Shown: in pieces, positions 50,801 through 58,831 of the stretch
Position numbering within the stretch: the stretch's first letter is position 1
Layout: each line of letters opens with the position of its first letter
Assembly (NCBI GenBank): GCA_031411295.1
Contig: JANOAV010000206.1
Coordinates: 1 to 58,831 of the forward strand
Source: Verrucomicrobiales bacterium
Lineage (GTDB): Bacteria; Verrucomicrobiota; Verrucomicrobiia; Verrucomicrobiales; V1-33
Direction of reading: 5' to 3'
Length of the DNA stretch: 58,831 nucleotides
Notes under the pieces: generated by a model
What the model was told of the DNA's origin: nothing
The model's database searches: none
Seen by the model: only the letters and a program-made list of their open reading frames with translations
Translations under genes and position numbers: made by a program

Positions 50801-52743
50801 GATATTAGGCGGATGGTAATCGATGGCGACCCTGGCCCCCCGGGCGGTCCGGGTGAACCCGGCAGTGTCCGAAAGCCGTCCCATTCGAAATCGGATACCA
50901 AACCCAAAGTATCCGTAATCCTGCTAAGAGGAGAAGCGTCGGGGTGCGCGGGTTGGGGCACAAGATAATCGAATGCTGCAAATCTACCAAACGGATCGGT
51001 CACCCGGCTGATGGCTCCCACGCTTACGGAACCCTGCGGATCCGCAGGACGGTGACTGATGGTGGTCACCTGACCAATCGCATCGGTGAGGGCAATTAAC
51101 CGAAATTGGGAATCGTAATGGAGCGTGGCAGTGTTTCCATGGGCATCCCGAACCGATGTCAGGAGAAACCTTTCTGCAGACGAACCGAAATCAGCAGGTA
51201 ATTGCAGCGAATACACCTCAGCGCTGCCATCATTTTTGGTCAATTCATACACTCTCGGAGCGACCGAACTGACATGCAGTGAATCTCCTGAGTTGTATTC
51301 AGGGGTGAATTTGTTGGTAGCCACATCAAACCCTTTGAAGACACGGGTGCCGCCGTGCCGCCCGAGCAGCGTGACATCAAATTCAATGCTCAGAGAACTG
51401 GCTTGCAGAACGCCAAACCAGTTATGAGTGATTTGTGACGAAGCAAATCCCGAGCCTACGCCAAAAGTGAAGTCAACAGGATCAGCCTCCTCATGGTAGC
51501 GCAGGGTAAAATCCATGGAAGGGCCGAGCGGCGGCGAGTAGCCAACGGGAGTATCCGTGACAGTCAATGCGACCTGCATCAAATTAATGGAGTATTGGGG
51601 CATACCAGGACAGACAGGACAGGAGGAGCCGGTATGCTTGGTTGACTTGCAATCGGGCGTTTTTTTGCCTCTTCCATCCGTAAACCCTTTTCCATAAATT
51701 AATCCCGCCTCGGCTGCGGGGACAGCAGACCACCCTTTGGGTAATGGCCCGGAACGCACTAAAAAGACCCCACTGGCTTCACCATCCAACGCCGCGTCCG
51801 ATAACGCAGCGGTTTGATCAAAGGTCAGATCCTGAGTGACGATATAATTGCTGCCTGCCAAACGGCGCTGAAGGGCGGCATAGTGTCCGACCTTCCAGTG
51901 AACCACGGCAGGGAGAAGCACCTCTGCACCCGGAGCCCGCCGGGCCATTTGCAGCTTCATGCCTAGCTTTTCCGACATCTCGTGCACTTCCTTGAGCGAA
52001 AATCCGACGGAGGGCGACTGCGTGGCGAGAAGGAACGATTCCCAGTCACCCGGTGCCTTGCGGGCACGCTGGATTTCCTTGAGGGCCATGGGACCGCAGC
52101 GGAAGCAGAAACCCGGCTGCGTCTGCATGGTGGACATCGCCTCATAAGCACTGGTGACCCACGTGCCGACCTCCGGCGAGACTGCGCGGCCTTTGATTTC
52201 TGCAAAAGTCCTTTCCAGCACATCCAGCCGCCCAAGGCGTGAATTGAGCTTGAGCCATTCGGCGAGCGCCCGGTCCGCGAGGCGGTGAGCGTCTGGATCA
52301 TCGCTACTTTTTGCCAGAGTCCACGCCTCACCGGATGCGGCGAGGGATTTGGAATACCAGCCGGTGGCGTAGTAGCCGATGGCGAGATTCACCTGCAACG
52401 CCGCGCGCCAGGGACTGCGGGGATGGTCCGCGAGGAATTTTTCCAGAGGGACAAAATCCGTTTTCGGCATCTGTTTCAACACCATGCGGACAACGGCTGC
52501 GAAATCCTGAGTCTCCTCAGCAGTCGGCGTGCCAACGGGAATGAGTGGCTCCACGAACTCCCGCAAGCGCTTGAAGTCGGCAGGCTGCGGCTGGGCTGGC
52601 AGAACAAACGGAGTAAATGCCTCCATCTTCGGCAGGGTCCGGTTTGGGGTTGCGGCAGTCACGGCGGACTGTGCAGCAGCGTAACCGCTGGCGCTAATAG
52701 CCCCTAGTCCAAGCAACAGGCAGGAATATACGGATCTCATCAT
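47878..52743 (-). CDS. Rhs/YD-repeat protein with N-terminal C39 peptidase and C-terminal caspase-like domain
   Basis: Signal peptide; CGP...HWKVGHY; many YD repeats; core end WLNRDPIGEAGGVN...NDPVNSVDVLGL; tip IIHG...LLACNTG. Confidence 0.92.
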   Translation of the reverse strand: MMRSVYSCLLLGLGAISASGYAAAQSAVTAATPNRTLPKMEAFTPFVLPAQPQPADFKRLREFVEPLIPVGTPTAEETQDFAAVVRMVLKQMPKTDFVPLEKFLADHPRSPWRAALQVNLAIGYYATGWYSKSLAASGEAWTLAKSSDDPDAHRLADRALAEWLKLNSRLGRLDVLERTFAEIKGRAVSPEVGTWVTSAYEAMSTMQTQPGFCFRCGPMALKEIQRARKAPGDWESFLLATQSPSVGFSLKEVHEMSEKLGMKLQMARRAPGAEVLLPAVVHWKVGHYAALQRRLAGSNYIVTQDLTFDQTAALSDAALDGEASGVFLVRSGPLPKGWSAVPAAEAGLIYGKGFTDGRGKKTPDCKSTKHTGSSCPVCPGMPQYSINLMQVALTVTDTPVGYSPPLGPSMDFTLRYHEEADPVDFTFGVGSGFASSQITHNWFGVLQASSLSIEFDVTLLGRHGGTRVFKGFDVATNKFTPEYNSGDSLHVSSVAPRVYELTKNDGSAEVYSLQLPADFGSSAERFLLTSVRDAHGNTATLHYDSQFRLIALTDAIGQVTTISHRPADPQGSVSVGAISRVTDPFGRFAAFDYLVPQPAHPDASPLSRITDTLGLVSDFEWDGFRTLPGSPGPPGGPGSPSITIRLISAMVTPYGRTTFQSAVDGINRRLTVIDPQGDAEVVEYKNNAPGIPPNAANPSGGTTDWMAYRNTFHWNKEAWGHHPEDYTKAVNYHWQHSDPSSLTGNTLESVKQPLENRVWFTHAGQVAPAYRGTYSQPSSTARFMDDGSVQRTFMDYNARGNVVREVDAAGRETTYTYAANGIDLLETRRLTGNGADDFARLSSATYNAQHLPLTTTGMDGMVTSYTWNDRGQLLTVTDPIGAVTTLGYNADGYLTSVNGPLPGAQDTITLTYDAYGRPATWTDVDGYMMTYQYDVMDRLTRTSYMDGTYEEYTYNRLDKATSRDREGRVTTMTYNALRQLVAQTDPANRTLRYQWCRCGKLRYLFDAMGRATHWDLDIQGRPKAKIYADGSRYLYEYERATSRLKRRTDAKGQFTDYQWTADDQIARISYPNAEIATPTCTYTYDPVFNRMTSAIAGPEPYYYTYHPITNGPALGAGRLAKQEGRYPDETLTYTYDARSLLTQRTIAGLAETWTFDEIGRILTNGTPSGPFLHTYDGASRRLATRSYPNGIRSTYSYFGNAGSRRLLQIRHAKFADVVAQFDYTYFPSGKIQTWRQQLGSAAAEKLQTFAYDQVDQLIGIVIGVPGNSQNVIYAYDLAGNRVLAQDGSQGNFAFSALNAPISTSAALFPIETRWDGANRISTIKTTTDEGSISYNALGSPISWNFTSSAVSERIIYQGNRVFQFGSERVKRFANGALNWTESGAYFTCFDHLNSPRVNLGDDRNEVRLYDPFGFESAGTSLSLRIGFTGHLGSDLTPSLLLAPFRMLNTQLGSWLNRDPIGEAGGVNIFSYAQNDPVNSVDVLGLETEIVLQPNPKHPNIIANAQKIRDPDMFQIIIHGVRPPGSPGSPAYAVQGPNGDVYPETLARQILSNPKYKKGSSVMLLACNTGQGPNSFAQQLATYLGVPVYAPDGYLCVSPEGDLTVGPQEICDGSGRIRPFYP

Positions 52744-53154
52744 GGTATCTGAAAGGTAAAAGCGTGCGTCAGGGGAAGAATGAATTTTAAATTGCGATCC
52801 CATCTTATTAGGCAGGGGCAACCTTGTCTAGCCAAAACTAGGTCGATAGGACGATATCTTGAGCTTCTCGATGTTCCGACGCACCGGCAGAACACAAATG
52901 TTAACTACGTGGGGCAGTTAGGGGGGGATTTAGGATCGAGCCCCCCTCGGATTAAAGGCTCTCACGGAGCCCGGGAAGGCAGCGAATGTTGGCCGGTTCA
53001 GACTTGGCTTCTGATGGTTACCACCCGAAAATGCAGAAATTTCCTCTGACTCCCGACCTTGCGCACCGCCGCCTTTCCGCTATGGAATAGGCCCGACCAG
53101 TCAGGATGCCCCATCCTCATTCTCAAATTTTCTTACTTTTTACTCACTTACCCC

Positions 53155-55113
53155 ATGTCCACCGAACGAAAAACTCTCGATGAACGCGCACAGATGTCTG
53201 ATCTGGAGCGCTTGCGCCACTCTTGTGCCCACGTCATGGCCACTGCCATTCTGCGGATCTGGCCGGAGGCGCAATTTGCTTATGGCCCTCCGGGGGACTA
53301 TGGATTCTATTATGACTTCGACATGCCGCATCGCATCACGCCGGATGATTTCGAGAAGATCGAGGCGGAAATGAAGAAGATTTCCAAGGAGAATCAGAAG
53401 TTCGAGAAGAAAGTCATCAGTCGCGACGAAGCCAAGGCCATGGCCGAAAGCGGGCGCTTGGGCGGCTTGACCGAACGTCCCGGAAATGTCAGTCGCTTCA
53501 AGCTGGACTTGATCGAAAAGATCCCTGAAGGTGAGGAAATTTCCTGTTATCAAAATGGCGAGTTTATCGACCTCTGTGCCGGTCCGCACGTGAATTACTC
53601 TGGCAAATGCAAGAACGTGAAGCTCACCAGCGTGTCCGCCTCGTTCTACATGGGCGACGAATCCAAGGGACAACTCCAGCGACTCTACGGCACGGCATTT
53701 GAATCCAAGGAGGAATTGGAACAACATTTCCTCGCGCTGGAAGAAGCCAAGAAACGCGACCACCGTAAGCTGGGTAAGGAGCTCCAGCTCTTTCACATCG
53801 ACGATGAAGTGGGCCAGGGCTTGATTCTCTGGACTCCGAATGGCGCGATCCTGCGGCAGGAGTTGCAAAATTTCATCAGCGAGGAGCTGCGCAAACAAGG
53901 CTACAGCCAAGTCTTCACGCCGCACATCGGGAAACTTCAGCTCTACAAAACCAGCGGCCACTTCCCTTACTACAAGGAAAGCCAGTTCGGGGCCATCATG
54001 GAGAACGAGCAACTCCAAGAGTGTGCCGATGCCGGCTGCGGCTGTGCTGAAGTCATGCAACGGCTGGATGGCGTGTCCAGGAAATTGGCGGAAAGCATCA
54101 ACTCGCGCGCTGGTCAGGAAGTCATCAAGGCGGATCGCATCCTGCCGGATGATCAATTACTGGACGGCTTCATGCTCAAGCCGATGAACTGCCCGCACCA
54201 CATCAAAATTTACGATAGTCAGCCGCGGAGTTATCGGGATCTGCCCGTGCGTCTGGCGGAATTCGGCACGGTGTATCGTTGGGAAAAAAGCGGTGAGCTA
54301 AACGGCCTAACCCGCGTCCGTGGCTTCACGCAGGACGATGCGCACTTGTTCTGCACAGAGGATCAGATCGCAGCCGAAGTGCTCGGCTGTCTCTCGTTAG
54401 TGAAGATGGTGCTCAGCACCCTGGGCATGACCGACTACCGAGTCCGCGTGGGCCTGCGCGATCCTGATAGCAGTAAATTTACCGGCAACCCCGAGCAATG
54501 GGACAAAGCCGAAGCCGCTTGTCGCGAAGCCGCCGCCACCCTTGGCGTGCCGTTCACCGAAGAACCAGGCGAGGCCGCCTTCTACGGACCGAAAATCGAC
54601 TTCGTGGTGAAGGACGTGATCGGTCGGGAATGGCAGTTAGGCACCGTGCAGGTGGACTACGTGCTTCCCGTGCGCTTCGACCTCAGCTACATTGGGGCCG
54701 ACAACTCCAAGCACCGCCCCGTCATGATCCACCGCGCGCCCTTCGGCAGCATGGAGCGATTCACTGGCGTGCTCATCGAACACTTTGCAGGGCACTTCCC
54801 TCTCTGGTTGGCACCCGAGCAAGTGCGCGTCCTAACCATCAGCGAGAAATCCACCGAGTTCGGAGAACAAGCCCTGGCCGACCTCCGCAGCGCAGGCATC
54901 CGCGCCTCGCTGGATAATACGGCAGAGAAGATCGGAGCCAAAATCCGCAATGCCCAACTCCAGAAGATTCCCTACATGCTAGTGATCGGAGAAAAAGAAG
55001 CCGCCGCCCAAAGCGTCAGCGTCCGCCACGCCAAACGTGGCGACATCGGCGTGCAAACGTTGGTGGAGTTCCTGGCTAGTGCGCAGGTGGAGATTTCCGA
55101 ACGGCGGCAGTAG
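53155..55113 (+). CDS. thrS: Threonine--tRNA ligase
   Basis: RHSCAHVMA, DLCAGPH, RDHRKLGKEL, KPMNCPHH, RVRGFTQDDAH, GEAAFYGPKID and HRAPFGSMERF. Confidence 0.98.
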   Translation: MSTERKTLDERAQMSDLERLRHSCAHVMATAILRIWPEAQFAYGPPGDYGFYYDFDMPHRITPDDFEKIEAEMKKISKENQKFEKKVISRDEAKAMAESGRLGGLTERPGNVSRFKLDLIEKIPEGEEISCYQNGEFIDLCAGPHVNYSGKCKNVKLTSVSASFYMGDESKGQLQRLYGTAFESKEELEQHFLALEEAKKRDHRKLGKELQLFHIDDEVGQGLILWTPNGAILRQELQNFISEELRKQGYSQVFTPHIGKLQLYKTSGHFPYYKESQFGAIMENEQLQECADAGCGCAEVMQRLDGVSRKLAESINSRAGQEVIKADRILPDDQLLDGFMLKPMNCPHHIKIYDSQPRSYRDLPVRLAEFGTVYRWEKSGELNGLTRVRGFTQDDAHLFCTEDQIAAEVLGCLSLVKMVLSTLGMTDYRVRVGLRDPDSSKFTGNPEQWDKAEAACREAAATLGVPFTEEPGEAAFYGPKIDFVVKDVIGREWQLGTVQVDYVLPVRFDLSYIGADNSKHRPVMIHRAPFGSMERFTGVLIEHFAGHFPLWLAPEQVRVLTISEKSTEFGEQALADLRSAGIRASLDNTAEKIGAKIRNAQLQKIPYMLVIGEKEAAAQSVSVRHAKRGDIGVQTLVEFLASAQVEISERRQ

Positions 55114-55124
55114 CCTTTCCAGTT

Positions 55125-55475
55125 ATGCCCGCCAAAAAAAGTCGAGCGCGTTAAAGAAAGTGGCAGCAGTCAAGCCTGCGGCTAGGCGTAGTTCATTGTT
55201 GGGGGATGTCCGGAATTTGATCATTGAGGCTCGTTCGCAAATCGCGCGGACAGTCGATACTGGCTTGCTGTTTTCCAACTGGCAAATCGGAATGCGCATT
55301 CGGCAAGATGTGCTCAAGTTGAAGCGGGCCGCGTATGGCAAGCAAATTGTCTCGACACTGTCGAGACAATTGGAACCGGAATTTGGACGTGGTTATTCAG
55401 AGAAATCGTTGCGGCACATGCATCGACTAGCCGAAGTATTTCCAGATCCTGAGATTGTCTCCGACACAGTTTCAG
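55125..55475 (+). pseudogene. Truncated DUF1016/YhcG N-terminal fragment
   Basis: W.IG.RI...L...RA.YGKQIV.TLSRQL..EFGRG.S..SLR.M..LAEVFP, ending abruptly. ATG 55125 is out of frame at an A7 run. Confidence 0.8.
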
Positions 55476-55478
55476 CCA

Positions 55479-56731
55479 TCAAAGCCAATACCATGGCAGT
55501 GCAGTAATCTTGTCACTCAATGCCACAGGGTATGGGCAGCGGCAGATGATATACCCCTGTGTAACCCTGTCCCCTTGTTCACTAATAAATGAGTTTAGGT
55601 GGCGTGCATCCGCCATTCTTGGGTATTCGGTCCATTTTACCTCGATTGGAGTGAGTCGGCCTGCACGCTCAATAATGAAATCTATCTCTGCTCCATCTTT
55701 GGTGCGCAGGTAGGACAATGTCCCATCTTGCAAGTATTGCAGCCGTTTCCAGAGTTCCAGACCAACCCATTGCTCGAAGATGGGCCCCGGATCTGCCAGC
55801 ACGGTGTCCCGGCTGGGGTTCAGGCCGGCTGTGGCATGTCGAACCCCAAGGTCGAATAAATAAAAACGGGGAGTCGAGAGAACGCCCTTGCGAGCACTCC
55901 CCGAAAAGGCAGGGAGGTGAAAACCCACAAACATGTCTTCCAGAAGCTCGTAATGGCTTTTCACTGTGGGTGCCGAAATCCCTGCCTGCTGGGCAATTTT
56001 AGTATAATGCACCGTCTGCCCACTTTCTGCCGCAGCCAGTTGGAGAAATCTCGAGAACCCAACCCAATCATTAACCAGTGCCTCACGTCGGACCTCTTCT
56101 GCAAGATAAACCATGGAATAACTACGTAGCAACTCTCCCCTCACTTGCTCATTTTCCTCCGTCACCACCCCAGGCAGTTCGCCCCAAGCCAACCGCGTCA
56201 CAAGTTCTGCAGCTGGCCATGCCTCCAAGTTTAGCGGGCTTTCATGCGCCTCCCAAGGCAGGGGGGAATCTGTAGTATACCCAAGCTTGGGGCCTGTAGC
56301 GCGCTCCGCGCAAGCGCGCTCGCTTGTCACCAAGGGATACAAGTGACTTACCAGTGATCTCCCGGGTAAAAGATTACGCCCTAACTTGCGCAGCTTCCGG
56401 GCAGAACTCCCGCATAGGATAAAGCTCCAGCGCCTCTTGTCGCTATCATAGAGATGCTGCACTGCGTCAAAGATGGTGGGCACTTTCTGTGCCTCGTCGA
56501 TGATTACGACCTGCGGCTCGGAAACTTTGGGCATTGCCCTACAGATTCCGATCAATTGCTCTGGACGGCTCAGAAAACTAGATCTCTGCCCAGGTCCAGA
56601 TTCAGCACGGGATTGGGCACTAGATTCCTCAGCAACGTAGATTTGCCCGTCTGCCGAGCCCCGAAGATGATCTGCACATACGGCTGGGCGAGAAGTGACT
56701 GCCAAGTTGTTTCGATATTTCTCCGATACAT
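55479..56731 (-). pseudogene. Frameshifted AAA_14/DUF4143-type ATPase
   Basis: Walker A GARQTGKST lies in one frame (stop at 56570). Walker B IIDEAQ, GSSARKL and EIDF...PIEVK lie in another. Confidence 0.85.
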
Positions 56732-56899
56732 GTTAAATCGTATCCTTCGGACGAGATATTTGCAAGTGTGGTTTCGATTTATCGTAAACATCCAAACCAG
56801 ACTTTGGATTCATCGCCTTCAAACTGAGTCATTGGATTCACTTCTATCCACTATCCATTGTCATTCGCAGGCGTATTCTAGGCAATAAATTGCTGTCAA

Positions 56900-58234
56900 T
56901 CAGTGGGCTGCGTTCCCTGCAGCTTGGAATCGTTCTGGTGGGAGGGCAGCTAGGAAGGCTTCGGCTTGGGTGGGGTTGGTGATGCGCAGGCGTTTTGCTA
57001 GTTCTGAGTAGGTTCCTTTTTGCAATGCAGGGGCTTGGGGAGCGGTTAGGGCTGCGATGGCTTGCGCGGGGTCACGGCGCATCCAGTCGAGGGCGATGCT
57101 GTTATACACTTGGCGCTGGGTGTTGGGGTCGTCGAGGCTTTGGGCCCATTGGGCGGCGGCAGTTGGGTCTTTGGTAAACCATGCTTGCGCCAAGGTAGTA
57201 GCTGCAATGTCACGCGCGTTGGATGGTGGTGCTTGGGCCAAGATTTCCGCACCTTGTGTCGGTGGGACGGCCTTGGCCCATTCTTCTAAGGAGGCTCGGC
57301 GGGAGGCTAGTGTGTGTTCGTTCAACCAACTCCACGCTCCCGCTGGATCTTGTTTAGCGTAAGCTCCCACCAGACATGCGGCGTTTTGGTCGGCTTGGTC
57401 AACGGGGAGTTGATGCAGGAAATTCATGGCGGCGGGAAGGTCGCTTTCCGCTAGTGACTGGACTAGCTTTCCAGCCATCTCATTGCGAAGCTTGGTGGGA
57501 AGTGCACTCCACGCGGACTGCATTTCCTGGGACTGCGCACCGGGCTGTCCGCCAAATCCATTTTGTCGGCAAAGAAATTCCAGTTCGTAAAATCCGCCAG
57601 CCCGAGCCGCAGCCAAGGCTCGCAGGACGTTGGCGTTGGCATTCGGATCCGCCGGACCGCTCAGGCGGGAAAATTGGGCATAGGGAAGTGAACGCGTCGC
57701 TAATCGAGGTTCATTAAGGATGGCCTTCCAGAGCTTGCCGTCCATAGTGGAGGCGAGTTGGGCGAAGGACGGATACGCTATGTCGAGCCAGTGCTCATTT
57801 GGATGTTCGGCCAGCACGGTGATGGCTTCCTCCGCTTTATTACTGTGAGCCCAAACTTGGAATAGCAGTGGGCCGTAACTGAACATCGGGAGGTGATCGC
57901 TACCGTGAGAGGCATATTCATTTAGAAACTCAAAGCACGACCGAGGATCAATGCTGGCCCAGCGGAGGATCACGGCTTCGCGCAGTGCGGTCTCGTGCGT
58001 GCTGTGGAAATAGCGCTGACAGTCGCTGGCGCTGGCTTGTCGGACACCTAGGAGAAATTGCAATGCTCCCTGCGCGGTGCTGGGGTTGATGAGGGAGATG
58101 GGTGTTGGAACTTGGGTGGGTTCGCGAGCCGGCTCGATCTGGTTTGTTGTTGGCGTAGGGTCGGTGCCATGCAGCGAGTAAGTCACGAAGGCGCTGAGGA
58201 CGGCCAGCAGCGTGCTTTGGATGAAAGGTTTCAT
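56900..58234 (-). CDS. Secreted helical-repeat protein (DPxAAxxW repeats)
   Basis: Signal peptide; repeats DPAGAWSW, DPTAAAQWA and DPAQAIA. Confidence 0.8.
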   Translation of the reverse strand: MKPFIQSTLLAVLSAFVTYSLHGTDPTPTTNQIEPAREPTQVPTPISLINPSTAQGALQFLLGVRQASASDCQRYFHSTHETALREAVILRWASIDPRSCFEFLNEYASHGSDHLPMFSYGPLLFQVWAHSNKAEEAITVLAEHPNEHWLDIAYPSFAQLASTMDGKLWKAILNEPRLATRSLPYAQFSRLSGPADPNANANVLRALAAARAGGFYELEFLCRQNGFGGQPGAQSQEMQSAWSALPTKLRNEMAGKLVQSLAESDLPAAMNFLHQLPVDQADQNAACLVGAYAKQDPAGAWSWLNEHTLASRRASLEEWAKAVPPTQGAEILAQAPPSNARDIAATTLAQAWFTKDPTAAAQWAQSLDDPNTQRQVYNSIALDWMRRDPAQAIAALTAPQAPALQKGTYSELAKRLRITNPTQAEAFLAALPPERFQAAGNAAH

Positions 58235-58691
58235 CGCGTGGTGCCCTCCAGTTCCTGGACAAACGCAGCGCGATTTTCTGGTGCGAGTAAATTCCCCTGC
58301 AGCACCTGCGCGATCATTTCGGGATCATCCTTCGTGAGCGTTTTTGCCAGCGACGTTAGTTGTTTCTCCCGCTCCGGCACACTTCGGATGTCTTGGATCC
58401 AAGCTACCGCAGCAGAGAGATCCGATTTGATAAGCGCTGGGATGAGGCCGGAAATGGCGGCATCGCGCAGCGGGCCATTCGGCATGGACTCCACCCATTG
58501 GGTCGCTGCCACCTCGTCATTCCACGCGTAGGATTGGACGATGCCTTGAAAGGCTGCGGGTTGGTCGTTCTCAGGCAACCGAGCCACCCAGGCCGCCGCC
58601 CCATTGGGATCATGCTGCGCCCAGACTTGGGCGATTCTAGCTTCGGCGGGGCCGCGTTGCTCTGGGGCCATGCGATCCATCATCTGCTGCG
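58231..58691 (-). pseudogene. 3' part of a DPxAAxxW-repeat gene interrupted by the IS630 element
   Basis: Frame stays open up to the CTAG junction (LAQQMMDR), with no signal peptide; same repeat type as the downstream gene. Confidence 0.75.
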
Positions 58692-58831
58692 CTAGTGCTT
58701 ACTTGCAATAGTTAACAAATGTGAAATAAGTGGGGATGAGCCGCTCCATCAAACCGCTGAATTTAACGAACGACGAAAAGGTCACCATTGAAGCCCTAAT
58801 CCGCAGTCCGCAAAGCACGCAGGGACAGGTC
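58692..58831 (+). mobile_element. Left end of IS630-family insertion sequence; transposase ATG 58736 runs off the contig
   Basis: Identical inverted copy of 1-139, starting at CTAG. Confidence 0.8.

Noticed and set aside
52744..53154. T-box or tRNA upstream of thrS
   Set aside because: No T-box consensus or cloverleaf is recognisable; only a weak G/C hairpin.
56578..56581. CTAG near the ATPase frameshift as an IS630 excision footprint
   Set aside because: A single 4-mer with no duplication visible; chance is sufficient.
1..58831. Linear plasmid/phage with terminal inverted repeats, or a true composite transposon
   Set aside because: The repeats are partial IS ends running off the contig, and the interior holds core genes (thrS, prlC, ndh) with no replication or phage genes.

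Overview
58.8-kb chromosomal contig, most likely from a Verrucomicrobiaceae-type bacterium (inferred from PEP-CTERM/autotransporter-repeat proteins, DPxAAxxW-repeat proteins, C-rich non-SD leaders and a ThrRS insertion). Both ends carry the same 139-bp left end of an IS630-family element in inverted orientation at CTAG sites, so the assembly probably breaks at a multicopy IS. The interior mixes core genes (dctA, ldh, ygfZ, cyclophilin, ndh, Ldh_2 oxidoreductase, prlC, thrS) with envelope/accessory loci. These include an FN3 + collagen-like gene pair beside a PEP-CTERM remnant, a fused TIGR04282/TIGR04283-type glycosyltransferase, a DUF3570-ApbE-TlpA-DUF4266 flavinylation operon, a 2808-aa PEP-CTERM protein, two nested REP/REPIN-like mosaics and decaying DUF1016/AAA-ATPase genes after thrS. 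The best candidate for an unusual system is 42809-52743: a signal-peptide Rhs protein with an N-terminal C39 peptidase and a C-terminal clan-CD (caspase-like) His/Cys domain. It is followed not by a small immunity gene but by a 1544-aa Ig/RCC1/LamG surface protein and a small five-repeat beta protein. All family calls come from motif recognition by eye; no searches were run. No rRNA, tRNA or CRISPR array was seen.
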